Positions 45,966 to 55,583 of a stretch of DNA of 64,000 bases are shown one piece after another (the first letter of the stretch is position 1; each line of letters starts with the position of its first letter). A program made the translations under genes and the position numbers. This DNA comes from Chloroflexota bacterium (GTDB lineage: Bacteria; Chloroflexota; Anaerolineae; Anaerolineales; UBA11858). Under the pieces are notes generated by a model. The model had not been told where the DNA came from and did not search any database. It saw only the letters and a program-made list of their open reading frames with translations. The stretch is from positions 22,863 through 86,862 of the forward strand of contig VGOC01000002.1 of the NCBI GenBank assembly GCA_016865865.1, written 5' to 3'.

Positions 45966-47375
45966 CTACAAGGGTTGGAGGAGAGGCAATTCGAGCGTGA
46001 AGGTCGCCCCACCATCCGGGTGGTTCGAGGCGGTGATATCTCCCCCGTGCGCCTGGGCTATTTTTCGGGCGATGGACAGGCCGAGGCCTGTCCCGCCCCC
46101 TTCGACTGGGCTGCGCGAACGATCGGCTTTGTAGAAACGGTCGAAGATATGCGGCAAGGATTCTTCGGGAATGCCTGGGCCGCTGTCACGGACAGTAAGC
46201 AGTACATAGTTGTCAAAATTCAATTCACCGCTCACTGTACACTGTACGCTGATCATCCCACCCTCGGGCGTGTAGCGCAGGGCGTTGCTCAACAGATTGT
46301 TGAGGATCTGCTCGACGCGCTGCGGGTCTATGTTCACAGTTACGGGCGCCGCCATCGGATGCAGAATCAACTCAACGCCGCGCGCGCCAGCCTGGGGGGC
46401 GAAGTGGGCGATCATCCGCTCCAAAAGAGCAGAGAAATCCGTCGGGGTTCGTTCCAGCGTCAATAGACCTGAATCCGCCAAAGCCAGCATTCGTAAATCT
46501 TCGACCAGTCGCGTCAGGGCGCGGTTTTGCTCCTCGATGGGGACCAGGTTTTCAGGAGTCAGGTCATAGATGCCATCTTGCAGCGCTTCCAGGTGAGCGC
46601 GCTGCACAGCCAGAGGCGTGCGTAGTTCATGGGCGATATCCGCAGTGAGGGAGCGCCGCCGCTCGCCTGCCTGCTGCAAGGAAGCAGCCATTCGATTGAA
46701 AGCCGTCCCCAGGGTTGCCAGTTGGTTTTCTCCGCGCACCTGCACCCGCTGACTGAGATCGCCCTCGGCCATGCGCCCGGCGGCCTGAGTAAGATCATGG
46801 ATTGGCCGCAGCAGGCTATAGGACAGCAATAACGCCAAAACCAGGGAAACTCCGCCAGCGATCAGGACGGCGCTGAGGGCAGCGCGATCTAGCCTGGCAA
46901 GCAAGGCCTGTTCGTTCTCCCTGGTAAAGGGTATGCCGCCCTCGGCGAGCAAATATCCAACTTTCCGTCCATCTACCTCGAGGGGGATGGCATTTTCCCA
47001 CTCCCCCTGCTCCATCTGCCCGGTTGGATAGGACTCTTGAGTATCGAGGATCACCGCGCCATCTACATCCGCAAGGAGCAAATGCTGTCCCATCATCTCG
47101 TCGGCGTTCATTCCCCAGCCGGACCTCATCCCCATCCCAGGACCGCCAGTCCCCACGCCAATCCTATCGTGGAAGAGAGTTTCACTGCCCTGCCATGTTC
47201 TGTTTTCGCGATAATACTCTTCCAACTCACTGACTAGGCTTTCGACCCCTGCCATCCCCCCACGGAACATGTAGGCGCGCACAGTTCGAGCCGTATTCGA
47301 ACGCACGATGATCACCAGGCTGACGATGGTGATCAACACGATCAGAGAGAAGGAGAGGATGAGTCGGAGGCGCAT
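45966..47375 (-). CDS. sensor histidine kinase (TM, HAMP, HisKA, HATPase_c)
   Basis: H-box ADIAHELRTPL, N-box LLSNALRYTP, and DSGPGI..GGTGLGLSIA. Confidence 0.92.
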   Translation of the reverse strand: MRLRLILSFSLIVLITIVSLVIIVRSNTARTVRAYMFRGGMAGVESLVSELEEYYRENRTWQGSETLFHDRIGVGTGGPGMGMRSGWGMNADEMMGQHLLLADVDGAVILDTQESYPTGQMEQGEWENAIPLEVDGRKVGYLLAEGGIPFTRENEQALLARLDRAALSAVLIAGGVSLVLALLLSYSLLRPIHDLTQAAGRMAEGDLSQRVQVRGENQLATLGTAFNRMAASLQQAGERRRSLTADIAHELRTPLAVQRAHLEALQDGIYDLTPENLVPIEEQNRALTRLVEDLRMLALADSGLLTLERTPTDFSALLERMIAHFAPQAGARGVELILHPMAAPVTVNIDPQRVEQILNNLLSNALRYTPEGGMISVQCTVSGELNFDNYVLLTVRDSGPGIPEESLPHIFDRFYKADRSRSPVEGGGTGLGLSIARKIAQAHGGDITASNHPDGGATFTLELPLLQPL

Positions 47376-47428
47376 TGTTCAGTAAGCGGTAGGCAACTGT
47401 TTACTGCTTATCTTTCACTGCTCCCAGT

Positions 47429-48109
47429 TCATTGTCTGACAAAGCGATACCCCACCCCAAAGACGGTTTCGATATATTGGGGGTTCTTGGGATCAGCCTC
47501 GAGCTTGGCGCGCAGATTTTTGATGTGGGCATCAATAGTGCGTTCATAACCTTCGAAGGCTGCACCCTGGGCGGCTTCTAAAAGGCGCATACGCGAGAAA
47601 GCCCTGCCTGGGCTGGCAGCCATGGTCGCAAGCAGCGCGAATTCGGTGGGGGTTAGATCGAGCGTCTCTCCGGCGCGGGTGACTGTGTGGGCATCCAGAT
47701 CTATCTCGAGATCGGCGACGCGCAGAATTCGAGCGGGGGTGGGCGCTGCCTCCGAACGGCGCAGTACAGCCCGAACTTTGGCTGCCACGACGCGAGGCGA
47801 GAATGGCTTGGTGACATAATCATCGGCGCCCAATTCCAGGCCGATGAGCTGGTCGGTCTCTTCGACGCGAGCGGTGAGCATAATGATGGGGGTATCCGAT
47901 TTTCGGCGTATCTCGCGTGCCACATCCAGCCCATCCAGGCCGGGCAAATTGAGGTCGAGCAGCACCAAATCGGGCCGCTCGTTTTCCCAGGTGGAAAGCC
48001 CGGTATCGCCGCGATAGGCGGTCAAGACATCGAAGCGCGACTTTTCCAGGTAGGATCGCAGCACTTTGACCAGTTCGGGTTCGTCTTCGATAATCAGTAT
48101 CTTGGGCAT
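47429..48109 (-). CDS. OmpR-family response regulator
   Basis: Receiver domain (ILIIEDE..LLDLNLPGLDG) plus a winged-helix C-terminus (YIETVFGVGYRF). Confidence 0.93.
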   Translation of the reverse strand: MPKILIIEDEPELVKVLRSYLEKSRFDVLTAYRGDTGLSTWENERPDLVLLDLNLPGLDGLDVAREIRRKSDTPIIMLTARVEETDQLIGLELGADDYVTKPFSPRVVAAKVRAVLRRSEAAPTPARILRVADLEIDLDAHTVTRAGETLDLTPTEFALLATMAASPGRAFSRMRLLEAAQGAAFEGYERTIDAHIKNLRAKLEADPKNPQYIETVFGVGYRFVRQ

Positions 48110-48222
48110 AGTTGGTGGGCGGTGAGCAGTTGACAGTGGACAGTGATGAAATTATAACGCACAGTGGGTAGCGCTATGACAGCCGCTACCCACTGCACAC
48201 AGTTCAACTACCGATCTTGTGG

Positions 48223-48723
48223 TTATGGTTGTGAATTCCAGAATTGACCGTGGCCGCGCCCGCCGCGGTGACCTCCGTCAGCACAGAAACCAGATCCGGG
48301 GCCGAAGCCGTTCGCTTGCATATTCTCCCAACGGCTTTGCATCCAATCGGCCTGTTCCTGAGTGATGGTTCCATCGGCAACGGCCTGCTGGAGAGCGGCA
48401 GACCGCGCTTCGGACATCATGGCGCTGAATTGTTCCGCGCTCAAGCCCTGCTCTTGGGCGATATCCCAGGCGGTTTTGCCCTCGTCATGGGCAGCCTCCA
48501 ACTCTTCGGCTGAGATTCCCAGGGCTTCGGCGATGGCGGCTTCCATGGTCTCATGCAGGGGACCAAATTCTCTGTCGCCGGCCCAGCCCATCATGCCGGG
48601 GCCAAATCCACCCCGTCCAAAGGGGGAAGATGGATCATCATCCTGAGCATAGGCATATCCAGTTACACCGAGCGCCAGGGCTACAACGCCAACTAGAGCA
48701 ACAAACATCAAAGTTTTCTTCAT
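48223..48723 (-). CDS. secreted hypothetical protein, possibly DUF2680/YckD-like
   Basis: Signal peptide MKKTLMFVALVGVVALALGVTGYAYA, with an AAGGAG ribosome-binding site. It has helical repeats with Q/E-rich motifs and lies upstream of the two-component system. Confidence 0.6.
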   Translation of the reverse strand: MKKTLMFVALVGVVALALGVTGYAYAQDDDPSSPFGRGGFGPGMMGWAGDREFGPLHETMEAAIAEALGISAEELEAAHDEGKTAWDIAQEQGLSAEQFSAMMSEARSAALQQAVADGTITQEQADWMQSRWENMQANGFGPGSGFCADGGHRGGRGHGQFWNSQP

Positions 48724-48794
48724 CGAAAATACTCCTTTAGTTTTTGTACGCACCGACCTGGGAAGCGAAGCCCCCAGGTCGGTGTTGATTGTGC

Positions 48795-49091
48795 CTAAAG
48801 GATAACAATGGCTTGTGAAGAAGTTGTGAAGAGGAAATGGAGGTTATATGAATGTTTACTGATTAAAAAATTCTTCCAAATGACGCGATAGTCTTCGCCG
48901 AAAGCGACCATCTGCTGAAACCAGATATCCGCCGCGCCGGTCATGCCGTGCAGGAAGAGAATCGTCTCATCACCCTGGCCGAAGGAGATATATTCCCAGG
49001 CTACTCCTTCCACTTCGATTTGTTGGGGTGGGTGTTCGTTACGAAATGCAAGCAACGATGCCACGGTGTCTGGATTAACTATGGATGACAA
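48795..49091 (-). pseudogene. truncated alpha/beta hydrolase (N-terminal ~70 aa only)
   Basis: WEYISFGQGDETILFLHGMTGAADIWFQQMVAFGEDYRVI is a typical hydrolase N-terminus. Similarity stops near 48879 and no GxSxG elbow follows. Confidence 0.55.
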
Positions 49092-49247
49092 ATTTCCAAA
49101 GGATTTTTGAGGAACGGGGAAAAAGTATATCCCAAGAACGACTATCAGCAGAACTATGGGAATAATTCATTTAAGATTTTTACGCATCGTAGTCATCTTT
49201 CATCGAAATTTCGCAATCGTACATTGGAAGGCGTGCCCCATTATTTT

Positions 49248-49330
49248 AACGCGAATGACACGAATGAGCGAATTTCGCGAATGAAAATTGGGGAAATTCG
49301 AGTTATTCGCCCATTCGCGGTGTTCGCGTT
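49248..49330. repeat. 'CGC-word' imperfect hairpin repeat (word GAATG)
   Basis: AACGC-GAATG-ACACG-AATG-AGCG-AAT ... ATT-CGCC-CATT-CGCGG-TGTTC-GCGTT. Confidence 0.55.
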
Positions 49331-49345
49331 GAAGTCTTGTACAGT

Positions 49346-49375
49346 AGAGAAATCTAAATTAGAGAAATCTAAATT
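49346..49375. repeat. perfect 2 x 15-bp tandem repeat
   Basis: AGAGAAATCTAAATT occurs twice, head to tail. Confidence 0.9.
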
Positions 49376-49510
49376 TGACGTTATAATTAGTATTTCAGCG
49401 CAAGGTTGGCACGAATAGCCTCCATATTCGATTAAAAGCCCGTCCTCGGGCGCCCCGAGGACGGGGCTGGAGATCAGTTTTATGTGACTTTGCGCTGTAA
49501 TATTAGGAAC

Positions 49511-49918
49511 ATGGCCGAAAATCTTCACTCAGAGGAAATTCGTTTATATCTGGAAAACGCCAGACGCGATTTGGAAGCTGCTCGAAGCAATCTTGAACTG
49601 GGATATTTCCATATCACGGTCTCACGCGCTTATTATGCCATGTTCTACGCGGCAAGCGCACTCCTGGCGAGTAAAGATATCTATCGCAGTAAACACGCTG
49701 GCGTTGTTTCTGCATTTGGGGAGTATCTGGTAAAACCAGGGCTGATCGAAAAAGAGTATGGCAAAGCTTTCGGAAACGCTTTTAGCTCTCGTTTGGTAAG
49801 TGATTACGATATGATCACATCAGTAGAAAAAACAGGCGCAGAAGCAATTTTAAATAATGCCAACCGCTTTGTGAGGCGTGCCGAAAAATACCTCGGAATG
49901 GCGACATATGAAGACTGA
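49511..49918 (+). CDS. HEPN-domain protein
   Basis: The helical protein with AYYAMFYAASALL and SSRLVSDYD segments is typical of HEPN partners of minimal nucleotidyltransferases. AGGA lies upstream of the ATG at 49511. Confidence 0.75.
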   Translation: MAENLHSEEIRLYLENARRDLEAARSNLELGYFHITVSRAYYAMFYAASALLASKDIYRSKHAGVVSAFGEYLVKPGLIEKEYGKAFGNAFSSRLVSDYDMITSVEKTGAEAILNNANRFVRRAEKYLGMATYED

Positions 49919-50270
49919 TATTTCCGCCCTGAGCGTCCAAGAAAGAAATCTACTTCAGATATTCATTCAAGCACTAAAGGAGCAGTTCGATGGACAAATG
50001 CTCTCAGTGCTGCTTTTTGGTTCGCGCGCACGAGGAGATGCGAAATCAGATTCCGATATGGACATCGCTGTAATTTTAAGCCACACAGACCTGGAAATAA
50101 CGAAGACTATCCGCGACTTGGCTGCTGATATTTGGTTAGATTTTGGGATTTTCCTCTCGATATGTGTGTGGAGTCAAGCCCACTGGCAGCGGCATGAAGA
50201 AATACAAACCGGCCTCTACCGCAACATCCAGCAGGAGGGGATCGATGTGCTGAGCGCTTTCGCGAAGTAG
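49908..50270 (+). CDS. minimal nucleotidyltransferase (MNT) domain protein
   Basis: The GSRARGDAKSDSDMDIAV nucleotidyltransferase motif is present. The gene overlaps the HEPN gene by 11 nt. Confidence 0.8.
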   Translation: MKTDISALSVQERNLLQIFIQALKEQFDGQMLSVLLFGSRARGDAKSDSDMDIAVILSHTDLEITKTIRDLAADIWLDFGIFLSICVWSQAHWQRHEEIQTGLYRNIQQEGIDVLSAFAK

Positions 50271-50289
50271 AAAACGCCACTCAATAAAC

Positions 50290-50352
50290 AAGACCTGCGA
50301 GGTTTTTGCAAAATGCGCTACAAAGCGCGAGCTGCTGAACCTCGCAGGTCTT
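50290..50352 (+). terminator. long hairpin downstream of the HEPN-MNT pair
   Basis: AAGACCTGCGAGGTT ... AACCTCGCAGGTCTT, with an inner GCGCT/AGCGC stem, followed by TTCCCCTTTT. Confidence 0.4.
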
Positions 50353-50669
50353 TCCCCTTTTACTGCCCCGCGGCTACCAGGCGAATTTCGTAAACTACTT
50401 CTGAGGCGCTCAGATCCGCGCAGCCACCCCAGGGACCGAGCGACCAATAGGCGCTCAATCGGTCAAGCAGGTTGCACAAGCTGAAATAAGAGGGAGATGT
50501 CCAATCAGAATACAGTAATGACTCCCATAAATGCAGCACGCCAATCTGCGCTGCCGCTTGTTGCATGTTGTAAAACAGTGAAGGATAGTCCAATGGGAAA
50601 TGGTAATAAGGAGCCACTGTATTTATGTCCTGCTCGATGCCAAATGCACGATGACCGAGGTGAAAACCG

Positions 50670-50701
50670 CCCCCCCCCTTTTTTTTGGGGGGGAAGGGGG
50701 G
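50670..50701. repeat. homopolymer block C9-T8-G7-AA-G6
   Basis: Read directly from the sequence. It lies immediately downstream of the uvrB stop codon (50707). Confidence 0.9.
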
Positions 50702-50706
50702 ACACA

Positions 50707-52740
50707 TCACTCTCCAGCCAATAACCGGATGCGTTCCCAGGGCTTGAAATCCCCCTCCTCGGCCAGGATTCCCTTCAACTCGAAGATTTGATCGCGCAGG
50801 GCAGCGGCCTTCTCGAATTCCAGGTTTTGGGCGGCGGATTTCATCTGGTCCTCCAATCCGGCGATGATTTTTAGCATTTCGGCTTTGGGAAGGGTGGTCA
50901 CGGCATCGACGCGGTACTCTGCCCGCTCTTCGGCCAGGGCGTAGGAGGCGACCTGGTCGGTGATATCACGGACATCTTTGACGATGCTGACCGGCTCGAT
51001 GCCGTGTTTCTCGTTGTAGGCGGCCTGCTTGGCGCGGCGGCGGTTGGTCTCGTCTATGGCGGCGCGCATGGCGTCGGAGATGGCGTCGGCATACATGATG
51101 ACTTTGCCTTCCACGTGGCGGGCGGCGCGGCCGATGGTCTGGATCAGGGCCGTCTCCGAGCGCAGGAAGCCGGCTTTATCGGCGTCGAGGATGGCTACCA
51201 ATGAGACTTCGGGGAGATCGAGTCCCTCCCGGAGCAGGTTGATGCCCACCACCACGTCGAACACGCCCAAACGTAAGTCCCGCAGAATCCCTACCCGCTC
51301 GAGGGTTTCCACCTCCGAGTGAAGATAATGCACTTTGACACCCATTTCCATCAGATAGTCGGCCAAATCTTCGGACATGCGCTTGGTGAGGGTGGTCACC
51401 AGCACGCGCTGGCCAACCTCGACGCGCTGGTGAATCTCACCGATCAGGTCATCCACCTGACCCTGAACCGGGCGCACCTCGACCTCGGGATCAACCAGGC
51501 CCGTCGGGCGGATGATCTGCTCGACGACCTGGTCTGCGCGCTGCATCTCGTAGGGGCCGGGGGTGGCTGAGGTATAGATGGTGAGTCCCATGCGACTCTC
51601 GAATTCGGCGAAAGTCAGCGGTCGGTTGTCCAGCGCGGAGGGCAGGCGGAATCCATAATCCACCAGGGTGGTCTTGCGCGTACGGTCGCCGTTGTACATG
51701 CCACGGATCTGCGGCACGGTCATGTGAGATTCATCAATGATGAGTAAATATTCATCGGGGAAGTAATCTACCAGAGTCCAGGGCGGCGAGCCTTGAGGAC
51801 GCTGGTCGAGGTGTCGTGAGTAGTTCTCGATACCCGAACAATAGCCCACCTCGCGCAGCATCTCGAGGTCATAGCGGGTGCGCTGCTCGATTCGTTGGGC
51901 TTCGAGAAATTGCTCGTGAGCTTTGAAGTGGGCGATGCGTTCTTCCAATTCCACCTCGATGTCGGCGATGGCTTTCTTCATCTTCTCTTCTTCGGTGATG
52001 AAGTGTTTGGCGGGGAAGATGCTGACCGTCTCCATCTCGCGGCGTATCTCGCCGGTCAGGTAATTGACCTCGCTGATGCGCTCGATCTCGTCGCCCCAGA
52101 AGCTGACCCGATAGACGTAGCGGTCTTCGTAAGCGGGGGCGACTTCCAGGGTGTCGCCGCGCACGCGGAAAGCGCCCGGCCTTAGTTCGATGTCGTTGCG
52201 CGCGTACTGGCTCTCGACCAGGCGGCGCAGCAAAGTATTGCGGCGATAGCTCTTGCCTATTTCCAGATCAATGACCACCTTGCCATAAGCCTCGGGGTTC
52301 CCCAAACCATAGATACACGAGACCGAGGCGACGATGACCACATCCTGGCGCGACATCAGCGCCGTCGTCGCGGCCAGGCGCAGGCGTTCGATCTCCTCGT
52401 TGATTTCGGTTTCTTTCTCGATGTAGAGATCGTGGCGGGGGACGTAAGCCTCGGGCTGGTAATAATCGTAATAGGAAACGAAATATTCGACGGCGTTTTC
52501 AGGGAAGAAATCTTTGAACTCGGCGTAGAGTTGGGCGACGAGTGTCTTGTTGTGGGCAATGACCAGGGTGGGTTTGTTCAGGTGGGCGATGATGTTAGCC
52601 ATCGAATAAGTCTTGCCTGTCCCCGTAGCGCCTAGCAACACCTGGTTGCGATACCCTTTTTCGAGGCCCGCGATGAGTTGAGCGATGGCTTCCGGTTGGT
52701 CGCCGGTGGGTTGGAAGGGGGCGTGGAGTTTGAAGGTCAT
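50707..52740 (-). CDS. uvrB: excinuclease ABC subunit B
   Basis: [17 protein letters not shown], Walker [13 protein letters not shown], helicase motifs, and the C-terminal UVR domain [13 protein letters not shown]. Confidence 0.97.
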   Translation of the reverse strand: MTFKLHAPFQPTGDQPEAIAQLIAGLEKGYRNQVLLGATGTGKTYSMANIIAHLNKPTLVIAHNKTLVAQLYAEFKDFFPENAVEYFVSYYDYYQPEAYVPRHDLYIEKETEINEEIERLRLAATTALMSRQDVVIVASVSCIYGLGNPEAYGKVVIDLEIGKSYRRNTLLRRLVESQYARNDIELRPGAFRVRGDTLEVAPAYEDRYVYRVSFWGDEIERISEVNYLTGEIRREMETVSIFPAKHFITEEEKMKKAIADIEVELEERIAHFKAHEQFLEAQRIEQRTRYDLEMLREVGYCSGIENYSRHLDQRPQGSPPWTLVDYFPDEYLLIIDESHMTVPQIRGMYNGDRTRKTTLVDYGFRLPSALDNRPLTFAEFESRMGLTIYTSATPGPYEMQRADQVVEQIIRPTGLVDPEVEVRPVQGQVDDLIGEIHQRVEVGQRVLVTTLTKRMSEDLADYLMEMGVKVHYLHSEVETLERVGILRDLRLGVFDVVVGINLLREGLDLPEVSLVAILDADKAGFLRSETALIQTIGRAARHVEGKVIMYADAISDAMRAAIDETNRRRAKQAAYNEKHGIEPVSIVKDVRDITDQVASYALAEERAEYRVDAVTTLPKAEMLKIIAGLEDQMKSAAQNLEFEKAAALRDQIFELKGILAEEGDFKPWERIRLLAGE

Positions 52741-52947
52741 GGTTTGGAGATTGGAGGTTAGATAGTGGGTAGTGGGTATTGGGTTGCATTATACGAACAA
52801 AAGTTCGGTTTGAGAATGGCAGAAAAGGTCCTTGAATTGTAACTCATAAGACAGCAGCGGCATGCTTGGGTATAATTGCGTAACGAAAGTATAAAACGCT
52901 TCACATTTTATGTTTTATTCTTCAATTTATACAGACCTGAGGTATCT

Positions 52948-54492
52948 ATGACTACCCCCCTGATTGAATGTGTCCCCAACTTCTCCGAAGCCCGCCGGCC
53001 TGAGGTGATCCAGGCCATCAGCCAGAGCATCGCAAGCGTGGAGGGCGTTCGCGTTTTGGATCATCATTCTGATAAGGATCACAACCGCACCGTGATCACC
53101 TATGTCGGCTCGCCGGCAGGCGTTGAGGAGGCGGCCTTTCGAGCCATCGCTAAAGCTGCTGAGCTGATTGATATGACCAGGCACACGGGAGAACACCCTC
53201 GCATCGGGGCTACGGATGTATTTCCCTTTGTGCCTATCTCCGGCGTGACCATGCAGGATTGCGTGGAGATCGCCCGGCGGGTGGGTCGACGCGTCGGGGA
53301 AGAATTGAACATCCCGGTGTACCTCTACGAGGAGGCCGCTGCCCGGCCTGAACGAAAAAATCTGGAAAATATCCGCCGGGGCGAATACGAAACCCTCAAA
53401 GAAGTCGTCGCCTCGGACCCCAATCGCTCTCCCGATTTTGGCCCTAAAGAACTAGGCACACCCGGAGCGACGGTCATCGGGGCGCGCGAATTTCTGATTG
53501 CCTACAACGTCTACCTGACGACGGACAATGTCGAAACTGCCCAAAAGATCGCCAAGACCATCCGACACTCTTCGGGAGGGCTGAGATTCGTCAAGGCTAT
53601 CGGCCTGCTGGTGGAAGGCCGCGCCCAGGTCTCGATGAACCTGACCGACTTCCGCAAGACGCCTTTAGCCCTGGTGGTCGAGACCGTCCGCCGTGAGGCC
53701 CAACGCTATGGGGTCGCCATCCACCACAGCGAACTGATCGGCCTGATTCCCCAGGACGCGCTGGTGGATGCAGCGGTGTGGTACACGCAACTCGATCAGT
53801 TCGAACCGGAGCAGGTGTTGGAGCGTAAGTTGTTTACGGCGATGCAGACTGAAGTGACAGAAGACAGAAGACAGAAGACGGGGGACGGAAGCCAGTTCCT
53901 TGACAAGCTTGCTGCAGGCGAACCCACCCCTGGAGGCGGTTCTGCCGCCGCCTACGCCGGGGCCATGGGCGCGGGGCTGGTAGCGATGATGGCGCGCCTG
54001 ACGATAGGGAAGAAGAAATACGCCGGAGTCGGAGAGAAGATGCAGGCCATCCTCGAAGAAGCGGAATCTCTGCGCGCCGATCTAAACGCAGCGGTCGAGC
54101 GCGACTCGGCGGCCTTCGACGGCATCATGGCCGCTTCCAAACTCGCCAAAGATGATCCCCAACGCGAACAGGCTATCCAGGATGCCACCCTGCACGCCGC
54201 CGAAGTGCCCTTGGAAGTTGCCCAAAAATCCCTGCGAGTGATGGAACTGGCCCTTCAGGCGGTCGGTCATGGCAACGTCAATGCCATCACCGACGCGGCT
54301 ACGGGAGCAGCAATGGCCAAGGCCGCTCTGACCGGCGCGGGGTACAATGTGCGCGTCAATGTGCTGGGATTGAAAGATGACGCTGTTGTGCAAACCCTTT
54401 TGGAAAAAATAGAAATTCTGGACGAAAAAGCAGCCCAATTGCAGGGCCAACTCAGAGAACGATTGATCGAGCGGGGAGGGTTGGCGTTGTGA
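52948..54492 (+). CDS. fused glutamate formimidoyltransferase / formimidoyl-THF cyclodeaminase (FTCD-like)
   Basis: The N-terminal LIECVPNFSEARR.. formiminotransferase domain runs to about aa 300. The C-terminal cyclodeaminase domain has TPGGGSAAAYAGAMGAGLVAM. I use the ATG at 52948, which has a GAGG ribosome-binding site. Confidence 0.88.
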   Translation: MTTPLIECVPNFSEARRPEVIQAISQSIASVEGVRVLDHHSDKDHNRTVITYVGSPAGVEEAAFRAIAKAAELIDMTRHTGEHPRIGATDVFPFVPISGVTMQDCVEIARRVGRRVGEELNIPVYLYEEAAARPERKNLENIRRGEYETLKEVVASDPNRSPDFGPKELGTPGATVIGAREFLIAYNVYLTTDNVETAQKIAKTIRHSSGGLRFVKAIGLLVEGRAQVSMNLTDFRKTPLALVVETVRREAQRYGVAIHHSELIGLIPQDALVDAAVWYTQLDQFEPEQVLERKLFTAMQTEVTEDRRQKTGDGSQFLDKLAAGEPTPGGGSAAAYAGAMGAGLVAMMARLTIGKKKYAGVGEKMQAILEEAESLRADLNAAVERDSAAFDGIMAASKLAKDDPQREQAIQDATLHAAEVPLEVAQKSLRVMELALQAVGHGNVNAITDAATGAAMAKAALTGAGYNVRVNVLGLKDDAVVQTLLEKIEILDEKAAQLQGQLRERLIERGGLAL

Positions 54493-55577
54493 GATTGCTA
54501 GAAATTGGAGGTTGGAAGTTGGAGGTTGGAGGTTGGAAGTTGGAAGTTGTAGGTTGGAAGGGTTGCCGCTTGCACACCTTGGTTGTTCTTATTTTCTTCA
54601 TTATCCTTTCAGCATGCGCGCCCGCCGACGCTCAACGCTCGACGCTCGACGCTGGACAATTATCAGCGACCGACGAACAATCCCTAATCCCCAATCCCCA
54701 ATCCCTAATCCCCAGCCTCACCCCCTCCCCCCCATGCACCTCCACCCCCCTGCACCCCACCTCAACGCCCTGCCCCCCAGACATCTGCGCCTATGCAGGC
54801 CATTTCATCCTGGCGCGGCCGATTGCCCCCCCGGGCGTTGACGCGATTGACCCCACCTACCGTTATGGCAGCACGCAAGCTGGCCTGCGCGAGACGCATC
54901 ACGGCGTGGAGTTCGTCAATCCGCAGGGCACGCCCGTGCTGGCCGCGGCGGATGGCGTGGTCATCGTGGCCGGCGACGATTTTCGAACTCCCTACGCCGA
55001 CTACCCAGGCTTCTACGGCAATCTGGTCATCATCGAACACCCAATACCCAATACCCCATACCCAATTTATACCCTCTATGGCCATCTCTATGAGGTGCAG
55101 GCTGCAGTCGGGCAGCAAGTATTTGCTGGAGACCAGATCGGGTTGGTGGGCTTCACCGGCTGGGCTGTCGGGGAACACCTGCACTTCGAGGTGCGCTACG
55201 GCGAGAACAGCTACCGCAAGACCCGCAACCCGGAATTGTGGCTGCAACCTTACTTCGACGAAAACGGCGCGCCTCATGGGGCTATCGCCGGGCGCATCGT
55301 GGACGAGTTCGGCGCACCCATTCCCATCCCTTCGATCAGCATCGAATACCTCGCACCCGAGGGGGACGGAGTGCTGGCGACATATTACCTCGAGAGCTAC
55401 GCCGATTGGACTGTCAATGGCGACGACACGTTGGGAGAGAATTTCGTCCTCGGCGATCTGCCTGTCGGAAGATACCGCGTCAGCTTCGTTGTGCGCGGCT
55501 TGCAGGTTTACGAAGTTGATGTGTTGCCGGGGCATGTCACGCTGATCGTCTTCGACGCGCGCGGGTTGGAGGGGTAG
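54489..55577 (+). CDS. M23-family metallopeptidase, probable lipoprotein
   Basis: HHGVEF...AAADGVV...YGHL...GEHLHFEV motifs, with the lipobox ILSAC. The start is uncertain: GTG at 54489 reads through word repeats, and TTG at 54570 would give MHTLVVLIFFIILSAC. Confidence 0.8.
   Translation: MRLLEIGGWKLEVGGWKLEVVGWKGCRLHTLVVLIFFIILSACAPADAQRSTLDAGQLSATDEQSLIPNPQSLIPSLTPSPPCTSTPLHPTSTPCPPDICAYAGHFILARPIAPPGVDAIDPTYRYGSTQAGLRETHHGVEFVNPQGTPVLAAADGVVIVAGDDFRTPYADYPGFYGNLVIIEHPIPNTPYPIYTLYGHLYEVQAAVGQQVFAGDQIGLVGFTGWAVGEHLHFEVRYGENSYRKTRNPELWLQPYFDENGAPHGAIAGRIVDEFGAPIPIPSISIEYLAPEGDGVLATYYLESYADWTVNGDDTLGENFVLGDLPVGRYRVSFVVRGLQVYEVDVLPGHVTLIVFDARGLEG
54492..54720. repeat. low-complexity 'word' repeats (GGTTGGAA/G; ACGCTCGA; CCCTAATCC/CCCAATCC)
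   Basis: ATTGGAGGTTGGAAGTTGGAGGTTGGAGGTTGGAAGTTGGAAGTTGTAGGTTGGAAGG, then CGCTCAACGCTCGACGCTCGACGCTGG, then CAATCCCTAATCCCCAATCCCCAATCCCTAATCCCC. It overlaps the 5-prime part of the M23 ORF. Confidence 0.8.
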
Positions 55578-55583
55578 GGGAGC

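Noticed and set aside
50360-50710. 116-aa minus-strand ORF downstream of uvrB
   Set aside because: Its N-terminus is encoded by the homopolymer block (PPKKKGGGG). It has no ribosome-binding site and no recognisable family. It may be a gene fragment in the islet, but I cannot support it as a feature.
54492-54720. Possible CRISPR array at the word repeats (also considered for 57246-57392 and 39284-39395)
   Set aside because: The repeat units are only 7-10 nt, degenerate and contiguous, with no unique spacers of about 30 nt. No cas genes are present in the window.
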